Positions 20,340-30,536 of a stretch of DNA of 64,000 bases are shown one piece after another. The stretch is taken from contig CAYHPN010000005.1 in assembly GCA_964358765.1 (NCBI GenBank), positions 13 through 64,012 of the forward strand, given 5' to 3'. The translations under genes and the position numbers were made by a program. How positions within the stretch are numbered: position 1 is the stretch's first letter; every line of letters starts with the position of its first letter. This DNA is from Candidatus Woesearchaeota archaeon. Lineage in GTDB: Archaea; Nanobdellota; Nanobdellia; Pacearchaeales; GW2011-AR1. The notes beneath the pieces are model-generated. The model did not search any database, was not told the origin of the DNA, and saw nothing but the letters and a program-made list of their open reading frames with translations.

Positions 20340-21035
20340 TTAATTTTTTATAAGGGTTTTAGTAAGGTTTTTTGATATAATAACATAATTAGTGATCTCT
20401 TTATTTGATATAAGATCTCTTTTAAGATAATATTTGTTCAATAATTTTAATTTTTCATTATAATGGATATTTAATGAAGATAAACAAACTCCAAAGTCTG
20501 GTTCTATTTGATTTTTCTTATAAAAATACAAGATTTGAAGTTTTCTTCTAATATGGGCAAAAATCATTTTGGTTGCAGGCCAGCCAGATTTTTTAGGCAA
20601 GTCTATATTTAAGTCAAAATTATCTTTTTCAATTATAAATTTCATTAGTTTGTTTTTATTTATGGGATAATTGATTAGGGATTTTTGGAAATCAATAAAT
20701 TCTTTGGAAGAAAAGATAATCTTTGAACCCTTTGTTAAAACAATCCAAGAAGACCAGCTGCCTTTTTCATATATTTCTTTTTTGTAATCTTTTATAGTTT
20801 TTAGATGATGGATAAATAATTTTAACGAGGGGATTTTTTTTATTAATTCTCCTTTATCCTTTTCTTTTGGAGGAATACTTTTTAATAATATTATTAAATC
20901 TAAATCAGATTCATTTTCTTTATAATTGCCTGTAAAGTATGAACCATAAATTAAAACTGCTGCAAGGTTATTTTTATATTTATTTTTACAGAAATGAATA
21001 ATTTTATTTTCTAGTTTATTTTCCATTTTAATCAT
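20340..21035 (-). CDS. nucleotidyltransferase (pol-beta superfamily) domain protein
   Basis: GS...DxD signature: AVLIYGSYFTGNYKENESDLDLIILL. 231 aa. Confidence 0.6.
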   Translation of the reverse strand: MIKMENKLENKIIHFCKNKYKNNLAAVLIYGSYFTGNYKENESDLDLIILLKSIPPKEKDKGELIKKIPSLKLFIHHLKTIKDYKKEIYEKGSWSSWIVLTKGSKIIFSSKEFIDFQKSLINYPINKNKLMKFIIEKDNFDLNIDLPKKSGWPATKMIFAHIRRKLQILYFYKKNQIEPDFGVCLSSLNIHYNEKLKLLNKYYLKRDLISNKEITNYVIISKNLTKTLIKN

Positions 21036-22875
21036 TTTGATTTAATAATTCATTTAATTCATCTTCATTAAGAGTTGAAGTTAGTGTTGGATCTTTTTTT
21101 TCACAAATATTTTGAGAAGGACAAGTGTTTATATCAAAAATACCGTTTTGTATAACACATAGATCTAAGGAGAAAGAATTATGTTTGAAGCCTTGTGGAT
21201 CTGTACAGCATCCTAAGGTACATACATTAGTACACGTCTCTTTAAAAACGGAACCCATCGACATATCTAGAGAGCAGAACTTGGCGCACTTATTTACTTC
21301 TCCAGAATAAATAATATTATTTTCTTTTACGGTTGAATTAAATTTTGCCAAATAAGTTAATACATTATAAAAATACTTTTCTGCAATTTCTTTTGAAGAT
21401 AAATCGTCAGTATAGGGTAATTTATTAAATAAATTATCTTTAAGAGGGAATTGGTCGAAAACAATTATTCCTTTGCCAATTTTTCTTGTCCATAATTTTG
21501 CATTTTCTTTTGTACCTATTATTATACTATCTTCCTCTGTTACAGAAAGTCCTTTTTGAGACCACACCCCTACTAGGGATTGTGTAAGGTTATTTGGACA
21601 GGAAATAATATCAAAAGAAACTATATCTTCTATTTTGACAATTTCTCTTTTTTCTTCTACATTTGCAATAATTTCTTCCTGCTGCTGGAAAAATTCTTCG
21701 CTTTCTAATTCTTTAAATGCTCCGCCAACATAACCAAGAGAACCAATGTAACTAACTGCAAAATCTTCAGATTCGTATTTCGATAAGAAGTTTATCCAGA
21801 GAATTCCCCCATTATTTATCCAGTTTTTTAAACTAAACTTATTTTCTGGATTATTAAATGAATTGCATCCATTTATCAAGCTTAAATCGTCAAGCGAAAT
21901 TAGTTGATATTGTAAATTGCCGGTAATGATAACTGAGTCATATTTATTAATTTGGGATAGAAACTGCGGGACTAACTCGCAGGAATAATAATCTACTCCT
22001 TCATTTAGCTGCAGATTTTCCTTTAGGATTGATTCTGCTTTATTTCCGAATGTTGGAAGGTCAACATTATCTTGATATAAAACTGCTAATTTCTTTCCAT
22101 TCTCTCCAAACGATTCGGAAATAGGCCTTTTCATTATAAATTTTAACTCGACATCTGAATTTACATCTCCAGATTGCAGGGAAGTGGTACCTTTAACAAT
22201 AATATTGTTATCAATGGAAGAGAAGGAAAAATACATATTTTCAAGACCGCAAACTGATGAATCGCATAGGTTAAAATCTGAAGTGGATGCGCTGTTTAGT
22301 ATAAATGTGCTGAACTCGAATAATCTTTTAAGATCAGAAGAAAAAATTATTTCAAAATCTTCCAAATTTACCGCTGAATTTCCATCAAGGATAACAACGG
22401 GATATTTTACTTCTATTTTAATGGAGTTATCTTTAATTGATATAACTGAGAAGGCTAATTCTTTTTTAATATTTATCTCATTTTCTGGAAATATTTTTCT
22501 TAGATTTGGAGGATTATTTATTAATTCATTATCCAAGCATTTTTTAATTTCTTTCTCGAAATCTGATAAAAATGGCTGGAGGTTAATTCCCTGATAATAC
22601 CATATAGAAGAAGAAAGAGCAGATAATTCTGCAGGAACAGTGTTGTAACCTCCATTTTCTCCAATCTTTTTTATACAAATAAGGCCTTTATTTTCAATGA
22701 AACTTTTCATGAAAGTCTGAATTTCCACTGACTTCAAGCTCAACTTATCTGCCTTTGATTTGGATTCTTCAATAGGAAGATCATTTTTTTTAGGAAGAAG
22801 AAACAGAAATAATGCTGCTGAAATTATAACTAAAAACACTATGACAAAAATTGTAAGCTGCCCTCTTTTTAACAT
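21028..22875 (-). CDS. large extracellular protein with class III (archaeal pilin-like) signal peptide and Cys-rich C-terminus
   Basis: The track ORF runs to 22923. I prefer the Met at 22875, giving MLKRGQ-LTIFVIVFLVIISAALF (KRGQ plus a hydrophobic helix, which is a prepilin-peptidase-type signal). The C-terminus has CAKFCSL...CTNVCTLGCCTD...C. Confidence 0.7.
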   Translation of the reverse strand: MLKRGQLTIFVIVFLVIISAALFLFLLPKKNDLPIEESKSKADKLSLKSVEIQTFMKSFIENKGLICIKKIGENGGYNTVPAELSALSSSIWYYQGINLQPFLSDFEKEIKKCLDNELINNPPNLRKIFPENEINIKKELAFSVISIKDNSIKIEVKYPVVILDGNSAVNLEDFEIIFSSDLKRLFEFSTFILNSASTSDFNLCDSSVCGLENMYFSFSSIDNNIIVKGTTSLQSGDVNSDVELKFIMKRPISESFGENGKKLAVLYQDNVDLPTFGNKAESILKENLQLNEGVDYYSCELVPQFLSQINKYDSVIITGNLQYQLISLDDLSLINGCNSFNNPENKFSLKNWINNGGILWINFLSKYESEDFAVSYIGSLGYVGGAFKELESEEFFQQQEEIIANVEEKREIVKIEDIVSFDIISCPNNLTQSLVGVWSQKGLSVTEEDSIIIGTKENAKLWTRKIGKGIIVFDQFPLKDNLFNKLPYTDDLSSKEIAEKYFYNVLTYLAKFNSTVKENNIIYSGEVNKCAKFCSLDMSMGSVFKETCTNVCTLGCCTDPQGFKHNSFSLDLCVIQNGIFDINTCPSQNICEKKDPTLTSTLNEDELNELLNQND

Positions 22876-22986
22876 ATTCTTGAAAAGAATAAGAGTTATA
22901 TAAAGTTTAACAACTTTAGGCATTGATAGATTGAGCGGAAAGAAGACCTACGCAATATTTATATAAATGCAAATGCCCTTAATATT

Positions 22987-23625
22987 ATGAAACCTGAAGA
23001 GATGGCGCAGATACTTATTGGAGTTATAATGCTGTTTATTGTTTCTGGTGTTGAATATATCCTACTGGGGCAAATTGATATTCTTGTGCAAGTTATTCTG
23101 TTCTCATTTATTGTGATTTTTGTAGGAGTATTCACTAAAAAGTGGATGGCTTATATGTTTGACTCCAGTGTTGAACATAAGCTTTGGCATGTGTACAGAG
23201 TTGGATGGAGAGAGCATCAGCATTTCAAGAAGGAATTGCCTTTTGGAATTATTTTACCTTTAGTATTTTCTGCTTTTTCTTTAGGGGCTTTTAAACTTAT
23301 GACTTTCTTGACTTACGAAACAAAGGCTCTAAAGCATAGAGCTGCAAAAAGATTTGGCGCTTACAGTTTTACTGAGGTGACAGATTGGGACAATGGATTA
23401 GTAGGTGCTGCGGGAATTGTTGGGCTACTAGTTTTATCTATAATATCATATGTTCTGGGATATGAATTATTGTTTAAAATGTCAGCATATTACACTTTAA
23501 TGAACATGATTCCAATTTCTAATTTAGATGGGACGCAGATATTTTTTGGAAGCAGGATTGTTTGGAGTGTTTTAGCAGTGATTAGCTTGATATTTGGATT
23601 GTATGCTTTTGCGTTGATTATTTAG
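22987..23625 (+). CDS. M50 (site-2 protease)-like membrane protein lacking a canonical HExxH
   Basis: The C-terminal NMIPISNLDGTQIFF resembles the NxxPxxxLDG motif of the M50 family. No HExxH is visible (only VEHKLWH). Confidence 0.5.
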   Translation: MKPEEMAQILIGVIMLFIVSGVEYILLGQIDILVQVILFSFIVIFVGVFTKKWMAYMFDSSVEHKLWHVYRVGWREHQHFKKELPFGIILPLVFSAFSLGAFKLMTFLTYETKALKHRAAKRFGAYSFTEVTDWDNGLVGAAGIVGLLVLSIISYVLGYELLFKMSAYYTLMNMIPISNLDGTQIFFGSRIVWSVLAVISLIFGLYAFALII

Positions 23626-23711
23626 ATAAAAAGTAAGAAAATTAGAGACTATTTTAAATAAAAAAAGATTAAAGTAAAATGTAGAAATTAAAAAAAAATA
23701 AGAAATTATTT

Positions 23712-24023
23712 TTATTTTGGATTTGATAACTCTATTTCTATTCCGCCTGTCCATTTTGCGACTAAGTTAAATATTAAACCCCAAATTGCTCCGCCAATTA
23801 AACCTCCTAATGCATATAATATTGGAAAGATGATAATTGCTAGAAAACCAAGCCCTGCAAATATTCCTCCTCCTTGGACTTCGCCGCCAAATTGAGAAGC
23901 AAATGAACCAAGAATAAATGATGAAATTGAAAAAAATATTCCAATTAATAATCCAAAAATTGCACCAACAATCATATTAAATTTACAAAAGGACCAAATA
24001 CCTATTTTTTGTATAGATTGCAT
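23712..24023 (-). CDS. Gly-rich small membrane protein
   Basis: ORF track (103 aa). Three hydrophobic helices with GxxxG-type repeats. Confidence 0.5.
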   Translation of the reverse strand: MQSIQKIGIWSFCKFNMIVGAIFGLLIGIFFSISSFILGSFASQFGGEVQGGGIFAGLGFLAIIIFPILYALGGLIGGAIWGLIFNLVAKWTGGIEIELSNPK

Positions 24024-24241
24024 ATTGACCTCCTTTCATTATCGTAAATTAATATACGGTTAGAAGTTTATAAATATATTTAAAAAAATAAAGAGATTTC
24101 CTAAACCAAAACTATCCCCATAGTAAGCTGAGAGGTTATTACGTTGGAGTTTTTAAACGGAAATCTCTAATTGCCAAATTGGACGATATAACAGAACTGC
24201 AGGGTATTAAACCTAATTTGTCAATAAAAAAATTTGGGAAT

Positions 24242-24544
24242 TTATTTTGCTAATTTATTAAGTTCTGATTGAACTATTGCAGGCATTATTATTCCTACAA
24301 GAATATAGAGTATAAACCATAACAAAGTATTGTTATCCTTCTTTACTTTTGTAGCGAAACCTTCACAATAGCGAAATGCCCAGTAGAGATTTGCAATAGG
24401 GATAATTATTAACCATCCTGTTGGAATTTTTGCTCCTAGATTGTTAATTTCGTTTTTTGTTGAAACCGCCCAATATATTGCATAAATTCCCAGAGTGATT
24501 ATACTAAATAAGTAAACTAAAAAGATATTTCTGTGTTTTACCAT
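24242..24544 (-). CDS. DUF4234-like membrane protein
   Basis: RNIFLVYLFSIITLGIYAIYWAV resembles the DUF4234 signature. 100 aa. Confidence 0.55.
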   Translation of the reverse strand: MVKHRNIFLVYLFSIITLGIYAIYWAVSTKNEINNLGAKIPTGWLIIIPIANLYWAFRYCEGFATKVKKDNNTLLWFILYILVGIIMPAIVQSELNKLAK

Positions 24545-24615
24545 CTTATACCTCCTTTCATGATATGTTTGCTATGTTAAGATATTTATAAAAGTATGCG
24601 CGTAACTGCAGAAGT

Positions 24616-26031
24616 TTAAAACAATTTTCCAAATTGATTTATCAATGTTACTATGCTGAAAATTCCAAAGAAGATAAAAATAAGGATTAAAATTATTTTT
24701 CTCCAGATTGGAGCTTGAACTGATTTAGGTAAAACTTTGAAATTCATCCAATTTACCAAACCAAGATGAACAAACATTGCAATGGCGTTGATTACTGCAC
24801 CTATTACAATTAATGTCAGAGGCTCCTTAAAATTAAATGAGAAGAGGATAATTCCAAATATAATTTGAGCCCATAGAAATGAATAATAAATTTTTGAGAG
24901 GTTTATTTTGTGTTTTTTATTGTGCTGCATTTTTTTAAGTGCAAAATTTTCCGCCATAATTCTAGAAGTCGAATCCAAAACACCTAGCTGCGTTTGGAAT
25001 AGCATAATGATTACAGCTATAAGGAAAATTGTTCCAAAGATTGGTGAAATTGCTTTTCCTATTTGCAGACTTTCCGTAATAACAAAACTAATGTCTGCAG
25101 ATTGTGCATTTACTTTATTAAATGCAGTTGAATAAGATAAAAGCATAAGGAAAGACATAGTTAACAATCCTATGAACCAAAAGACTATAAGATGTTCATA
25201 TGACACGAGTTTCCACCATTTTTTGAAATTAGAAATGCTTTTTTTCGAGTAATCGCATTTTTCTCCTTCTAATTTAATTTCTTGAGATTTATGGTGTCTA
25301 AAGAGAGAAGACATTCTTTGAGAGTATTTTCCCATACCATAACCTTTTTCTTTTACATAAATAGATTGAGTTAAATTTAGATTTCCTCCTGCTCCGGCAT
25401 AAGCAAAAGCTGCGAGAAATGTTGCCAGCACGATTCCAACAGGAAATAAGAAATAACCTTGAGGATTTGAAGACATAGATTCCCCTATTCCAATTAAACC
25501 CTTTGCTAAGGCTGTCCAATCTGTTGCGGATGCTAACATAAGGGAAAGGATAAATACAAACGGGGTGCCGATTAAAAGTATGGTTTTTGTAATTTTTTCC
25601 ATCATTCCATAAACAGTTTTTCCTGATGAGAGAACGATTCCAATAACCGCTAAAAAACTCATGGCGATAAATTTATGATCGGCGAATCCAAACAAATGAG
25701 AAAATACTTTGGCTGATGCGGCAATAATTCCGGGAATGCCAAAACCAATGAAAGTAGAAAAGATGAACCAATAAGCGGCGATTTTGAACTTTTTGTTCAT
25801 TCCAACAAAAACAGATTCTCCTTTAATTAGAGAATAACGTTCTATTTCCATATTCATGAAATATTGGAATGTAATTCCTAAAAGAGCGCCCCAAGCAATT
25901 CCGAGGCCATATTTTGATACTAGGAATGGCCAGAGAATTACTTCACCAGAACCTAAACCAAGGGCTAGAATTATGAAACTTGGACCAAGAAGTTTTGCGA
26001 ATTTTATTGGTGAAGGGAATGGTTTGACCAT
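24616..26031 (-). CDS. Nramp-family-like divalent-metal transporter
   Basis: 471 aa polytopic protein. The N-terminal LGPSFIILALGLGSGEVILWPFLVSKYGLGIAWGALLG resembles the Nramp/MntH N-terminal region. Confidence 0.65.
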   Translation of the reverse strand: MVKPFPSPIKFAKLLGPSFIILALGLGSGEVILWPFLVSKYGLGIAWGALLGITFQYFMNMEIERYSLIKGESVFVGMNKKFKIAAYWFIFSTFIGFGIPGIIAASAKVFSHLFGFADHKFIAMSFLAVIGIVLSSGKTVYGMMEKITKTILLIGTPFVFILSLMLASATDWTALAKGLIGIGESMSSNPQGYFLFPVGIVLATFLAAFAYAGAGGNLNLTQSIYVKEKGYGMGKYSQRMSSLFRHHKSQEIKLEGEKCDYSKKSISNFKKWWKLVSYEHLIVFWFIGLLTMSFLMLLSYSTAFNKVNAQSADISFVITESLQIGKAISPIFGTIFLIAVIIMLFQTQLGVLDSTSRIMAENFALKKMQHNKKHKINLSKIYYSFLWAQIIFGIILFSFNFKEPLTLIVIGAVINAIAMFVHLGLVNWMNFKVLPKSVQAPIWRKIILILIFIFFGIFSIVTLINQFGKLF

Positions 26032-26110
26032 CTTTTTGCAGTTTAATAAGGAAAATTGATTATATAAATATTTTTGAAAAGTTCAAATACTTTGGGTTCT
26101 TTTAGAAATT

Positions 26111-26173
26111 ATGCTAATTGAAATTAGTTTAGCATTATTGATTGGAGTTATAGCTGGAACTTTCACCGGCTAA
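26111..26173 (+). pseudogene. detached 5' end (20 codons) of the TctA/DUF112-like gene whose body is at 52954-54117; contains attL
   Basis: Own reading: MLIEISLALLIGVIAGTFTG*. It ends at the core TTCACCGGCT (26162-26171). A TATA-like tatataaat lies about 50 nt upstream. Confidence 0.65.
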
Positions 26174-26260
26174 CGAACCCACAGTTTTCCGAGAATAACT
26201 CTCTTTTTCTAAAAAGCGTAATCATTACGCTACAAATCATTTAAAATAGGAAAACTGAAA

Positions 26261-26746
26261 ATGTATATGGGAAGAGATAAAAATAATCCGAGTATCGTCT
26301 ACATAAACTATCAAATAAGAAGTAATGGGAAAAAGATTAACATATTTGATAGAGTTAATCAGATAAAAAAGGACATCAAAGTATTGCTTCCAGAAATTGA
26401 GGACGATAAGTTAATCTCAATGTTCTCTCACATGAGAAGATATTACGAGGGTAAATTACATTATGGAAGAAGAACAAATCCAGAAAATTGGGATAAGAAA
26501 CAAGATTTAACCGAAGCTGAAAAATTAATCTATGACTATCTTCTAAAGAATAAATTGAATCCTTCTACAACTTATAGGTGGATGTTAACTTGCAGAGTGC
26601 CAGCAGACATCAAAAGCAAGCTCATAGAAGGCAGATTATCTTACAAGAAGGCTCTTCAGATAGCCTCAAATAGAAAGAGAGTAAGAGAAAGCAATACTGG
26701 GCTTTTAATGATGGAAGAAATAAACAACATCGTGAGGAGTTTATAA
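26261..26746 (+). CDS. conserved element protein (integrase-associated, unknown function)
   Basis: Homologous to 37378-37878 (shared IFD(R/K)VN(Q/E)IK, LNPSTTYRW, GL(L/I)MMEEI). The stop overlaps the integrase start (TAATG). Confidence 0.7.
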   Translation: MYMGRDKNNPSIVYINYQIRSNGKKINIFDRVNQIKKDIKVLLPEIEDDKLISMFSHMRRYYEGKLHYGRRTNPENWDKKQDLTEAEKLIYDYLLKNKLNPSTTYRWMLTCRVPADIKSKLIEGRLSYKKALQIASNRKRVRESNTGLLMMEEINNIVRSL

Positions 26747-27630
26747 TGGGAAATAAAAACAAACTGCCAGATAAATTAAGAAAAGAACAAATGGTGAAAT
26801 TATTTGAGGTGATGTATTTACCTAAATGTTCCATAGGTTGTTTTACTGCTTTAATGTGTGGATTACGAGTTAGAGAAGTTTGCAGACTTGAAACCTCAGA
26901 CATGAATTTAGAGGCAAGAGAAATCAAAGTAAGGGATAGTAAAAATCCCAACAGAAAGAAGCAACATGATTACGGCAAAGATAGAATTGTTCCAATTCCA
27001 GAAATAGCAGTCTCTCCGATAAAGAAATGGTTGGATGTTATTCAAGGTGGAAAATGGTTTTTGCCTTCAATGAAAAGCCCAGACATGCACCTAAGACCTA
27101 AAACATTGCATGAATGGTTTAGAGAAGCAAGGAAAAGAGCGGGTCTTGATGAAGTTGAATATGTTGTGAAATATAATAAGAAAACAAAGTATAGGGAATC
27201 AAGCCCAGTTTACAAATATAGATTTCATCATTTCAGGCATTTCTATGCTCAATATGTTTATGACCATACCAGAGACCTGTATGCTGTATCAAAGTTACTT
27301 GGGCACAACCAAATAACGACGACAGAAATTTATGCAAGGATGTCAGATAAAACAATGAAAGAAAGTGTTGACTTTAGTTTCAATAATCCAATAAGAACCA
27401 AAATCTTTGAGGATAATCCAGTTAATGCCTTGAATTATAAAATTCCTACAATCGCAAGACAAAGGGAGAAATCTCCGATAGAAATCCTTGAAGAAAGATT
27501 TGCCAGAGGCGAAATCTCCGACATAGACTTCCAGAATAAGCTGAGGCTTCTAAAGCTCAGAAAAGATTATCTGAAGGATAAGGATACTGAAGAGCTAAAG
27601 GAAAAAGAGATTGAAAATAGAGAAAATTGA
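26746..27630 (+). CDS. tyrosine recombinase/integrase
   Basis: Catalytic signature: GLRVREVCRLE (Arg I), HHFRHFYAQ (HxxR), LLGHNQITTTEIYARM (His...Tyr). Confidence 0.88.
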   Translation: MGNKNKLPDKLRKEQMVKLFEVMYLPKCSIGCFTALMCGLRVREVCRLETSDMNLEAREIKVRDSKNPNRKKQHDYGKDRIVPIPEIAVSPIKKWLDVIQGGKWFLPSMKSPDMHLRPKTLHEWFREARKRAGLDEVEYVVKYNKKTKYRESSPVYKYRFHHFRHFYAQYVYDHTRDLYAVSKLLGHNQITTTEIYARMSDKTMKESVDFSFNNPIRTKIFEDNPVNALNYKIPTIARQREKSPIEILEERFARGEISDIDFQNKLRLLKLRKDYLKDKDTEELKEKEIENREN

Positions 27631-27663
27631 ATTATTATTCAGATTTATTAAAGGAAGGGATTA

Positions 27664-27855
27664 TTATTCTATTGATTCTTTTACAAGATTCTCTATTTCT
27701 TTATTTCTAAAATCTATTTGTCCCACAAGTTTTTTCGCTTTGAGGGATAATCGTTTATACATAAACTTAATTTTTTCTTTAGCCCTTTCTCTCCCATTCC
27801 GTTTTAAATAAGATGGAATATTATAATCAAAATATGCTAAACTATCTGCATCCAT
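27664..27855 (-). CDS. hypothetical small protein
   Basis: ORF track only (63 aa). Same strand as the downstream cargo block. Confidence 0.3.
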   Translation of the reverse strand: MDADSLAYFDYNIPSYLKRNGRERAKEKIKFMYKRLSLKAKKLVGQIDFRNKEIENLVKESIE

Positions 27856-27896
27856 TAATGTATTCGAATCCTTATCTCCTCCAGACTCATGATTTT

Positions 27897-29000
27897 CTAC
27901 AAGATGCTTAACCCTATTAATAACCGATTCGGTATAATCATACTTTTTAAGAAATCACTAATAAAGTTAGCTGACCTTATTGCGTGCTCTTTTTTAAACT
28001 CATTTATTTTAGAATAATCTTTTAAATCTTTTTCAGTAATTTTTGTAATTGCTCTATCTATATCGTGTGATAGGGCTGAAATTTTTAAAGATTCATCAGC
28101 ATCTGGATTCAATTTAAGCACCCACTTTAAAACGAGTTCAGAGTGTTTTAATTCAAAATCTAATGGAGAATTGGGCAGAATATTTTCTATTTCCCTTTTA
28201 ACTAAATCAAATTTATTTTCTTGTAATTGTTTTGTATAATAAGTAGCGATAAATTCAGGTTTAAAACCAATTCGTTCATAAAAATTAAAGGGGTAATGCC
28301 CTTTCTCTGTAGCAAGAAAATGGATTTTATTTCCTTGCTCAAAACTCTTTTTAACACAATAAAGACTAATTCTTTTTCCAAAACCCTTTCCCCTAAAAGA
28401 AGGAATTGCTCCTATTCCAGATATATATCCCATACCATTATAATTAGTTAAAATTCCTACGGCTACGGGAGTCTTATTATCTAAAACTAAAAAATATTTA
28501 TCCTCTTTTGTTTTTTTCTCATTCCAAGCTTTCCGTATAATATTCGCAAATTGAGTTTGTTCACCATAAGGATTTTGAGGGTCATCTTTAGGATAACTTT
28601 TAATAAATGTTTCTATCCATTTTTCAAATTCTTCATTAGATTTAACTTCGATTATATCTGTTTCATCCACAGAAGGAATATCTTTATTCCAAAACATCCA
28701 ATAATCTTTTGAAGAAATCTCATACCGTTTATTCAAGAGAGATTTAGATATTTCTTTATATTTTTCATCATCAAGAAAATAGATTGTAGGTTTTTTATCT
28801 ACTTTCTTAAAAAAATCCTCTATTTTTTGCAATTCATCATCTGTAATTAGTTTTTTTAGAAAAGCGAAATTCCACCAGACATCAGAATTATCTCTACAAT
28901 AAGTCAAAATAACATTTTCCGTTTCTTTAATTTTTGTAAGAAATTTAGAGTTCATATAAATATAAGCTCTAATTATATCTAACCTATTTTCAGACTTCAT
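27897..29000 (-). CDS. GNAT acetyltransferase fused to an HD-domain-like C-terminus
   Basis: GNAT acetyl-CoA motif FRGKGFGKRISLYCVKKSFEQG...FYERIGFKP. The C-terminus has H...HD (LKHSELV...LSHDIDRA). Confidence 0.65.
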   Translation of the reverse strand: MKSENRLDIIRAYIYMNSKFLTKIKETENVILTYCRDNSDVWWNFAFLKKLITDDELQKIEDFFKKVDKKPTIYFLDDEKYKEISKSLLNKRYEISSKDYWMFWNKDIPSVDETDIIEVKSNEEFEKWIETFIKSYPKDDPQNPYGEQTQFANIIRKAWNEKKTKEDKYFLVLDNKTPVAVGILTNYNGMGYISGIGAIPSFRGKGFGKRISLYCVKKSFEQGNKIHFLATEKGHYPFNFYERIGFKPEFIATYYTKQLQENKFDLVKREIENILPNSPLDFELKHSELVLKWVLKLNPDADESLKISALSHDIDRAITKITEKDLKDYSKINEFKKEHAIRSANFISDFLKSMIIPNRLLIGLSIL

Positions 29001-29532
29001 ATTCCCATCCTGCTTGCCATGCTTTTCTTTTTCTCCAATCTTCGTTAAATGCTTGTTGCCAAGTCTTGCCTTTTAACAAAACATCTAATGCCAACTGGGG
29101 TGCTTTGTGAGAAACTATGGCAACCCTTTTTCCATCATAATCTTTTTTAAGAAGTTTAATAAAATCTGCTATTCTCTTTTTTACATCTTCATAGCTTTCA
29201 CCATTTGGAAACTTCTCATGAATACATTCTTCTTGCATTGGCTCTACAATTTCTGAAGACTTTCCATTAAAATCTCCATAATTGCATTCCCTTAATCTTT
29301 TATCTTGCTTAATTGGGAATCTATCTTTAAAACTTATTTCAGCAGAATCGACAGCCCTCTTTAAATCAGAGCAGAAAACAATATCAAATTTCTTATTTCC
29401 TATTTGCTTTGGTAGTTCTTTTGATTGTTTTATTCCTAATTCAGAAAGCCCAACATCTTTCCAACCCGAAGATATATCTTTTTGATTATCTGTTGTTGTG
29501 CCATGAACGAAATAAGTTATTTTTATAACCAT
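28990..29532 (-). CDS. histidine phosphatase (phosphoglycerate mutase/CobC-like) family protein
   Basis: N-terminal YFVHGTTTDN (variant of RHGxT), LSELGIKQ and SDLKRAVDSA, typical of the family. 180 aa. Confidence 0.65.
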   Translation of the reverse strand: MVIKITYFVHGTTTDNQKDISSGWKDVGLSELGIKQSKELPKQIGNKKFDIVFCSDLKRAVDSAEISFKDRFPIKQDKRLRECNYGDFNGKSSEIVEPMQEECIHEKFPNGESYEDVKKRIADFIKLLKKDYDGKRVAIVSHKAPQLALDVLLKGKTWQQAFNEDWRKRKAWQAGWEYEV

Positions 29533-29533
29533 T

Positions 29534-29923
29534 TTATAGATTTATTTTTTTAGAAATTTCATTAATATTCTTGTAAATTATTACTTCATTAGATATTCCT
29601 TTGATTGTTGTAGATATATCTGAACCTTCTTTAGCTAAAACAATGATTGGTTTATTTTTAGAATAAGCATAACCTGCTTCAATTCCGAGACCTACTCCTT
29701 TTTCTGAAAATTCTACTAAAAGCATATCTGCTTTATCAATTTCTTCAAAGGTTATTTTCATTAATTTATCAGGTTCAAATTTAACTTTTCCCCATTTTTC
29801 GTAATCTCGTATAATTGTCCTTACCCTAATGCCTACTTTTTCAAGCTCTTTACAAATATCTTCAATTAATTTTCTATTATTACAATCCTCATGAAACTTT
29901 ATAGACAAGAAAGCATTTTTCAT
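29534..29923 (-). CDS. nucleoside 2-deoxyribosyltransferase-like protein
   Basis: The KADMLLVEFSEKGVGLGIEAGYAYSKNKPII pattern (Gxx(E)xGYA...KPI) resembles the NDT-like/Rossmann-like family. 129 aa. Confidence 0.5.
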   Translation of the reverse strand: MKNAFLSIKFHEDCNNRKLIEDICKELEKVGIRVRTIIRDYEKWGKVKFEPDKLMKITFEEIDKADMLLVEFSEKGVGLGIEAGYAYSKNKPIIVLAKEGSDISTTIKGISNEVIIYKNINEISKKINL

Positions 29924-30531
29924 TTTAGTTTTCTCCTTAACTCATTCCAAGAAATTCTTTCAGCCCAGTTAGTAAATGGAGGATTAGTGAGAATCATTTC
30001 TTTTTCTTTTTCACTTCCTGAATAAGTCGCAACACCTTCAGTTAAAACTTTGACATTGTAACCTCTCCAGCTTAATTCTTGAGCAGTGCAGAAAACACAG
30101 CAATCAGAAGTTAGCCCTATGAGGACAACCTCATCTAAACTATTTGGTTTGCCTATCGTTTTGTCTAACCACTTTGTAAAAGCTTTGGGGTCTTGATAGG
30201 GTAGTCCTGCCTTCTTTTTAGGATTTCCAATATTCTCTCTTACCCAGATTGGAGAGTTCATACATTTAACCCAAACAGGTTTTTGTTTAATGTCCTCTGG
30301 AATCTCTGATTCATAGCCCCATTCTCCAGCTCTACAACTATCATCATTATCTGCTGGTCTCGGTAAACGATAGTCCGATATTATTTCAGCTACCTTAATG
30401 TTATGCTCTCTAAAGTAAGGGACTAAAGTGTTCTTAACAAAGTCAACACTCTTTCTGGGTCTATAATGCTTTCCTTTTTTATCACTAAAATCTTTCTGAA
30501 AGTCGACTGAGATTATTCTTATATTTGCCAT
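29920..30531 (-). CDS. isochorismatase-family cysteine hydrolase (nicotinamidase-like)
   Basis: Asp (IISVDFQKDF), Lys and nucleophile Cys (VVLIGLTSDCCVFCTAQE), typical of isochorismatase/PncA-like hydrolases. Confidence 0.7.
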   Translation of the reverse strand: MANIRIISVDFQKDFSDKKGKHYRPRKSVDFVKNTLVPYFREHNIKVAEIISDYRLPRPADNDDSCRAGEWGYESEIPEDIKQKPVWVKCMNSPIWVRENIGNPKKKAGLPYQDPKAFTKWLDKTIGKPNSLDEVVLIGLTSDCCVFCTAQELSWRGYNVKVLTEGVATYSGSEKEKEMILTNPPFTNWAERISWNELRRKLK

Positions 30532-30536
30532 GTTTT

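Noticed and set aside
24092-24168. Perfect 10-bp inverted repeat AGAGATTTCC/GGAAATCTCT with a 57-nt spacer in an intergenic region
   Set aside because: No second copy was found, the pairing does not extend, and it matches no RNA class I can recognise. It may be a fragment of the repeat family (24190-24215 resembles its 3' hairpin). The evidence is too weak.
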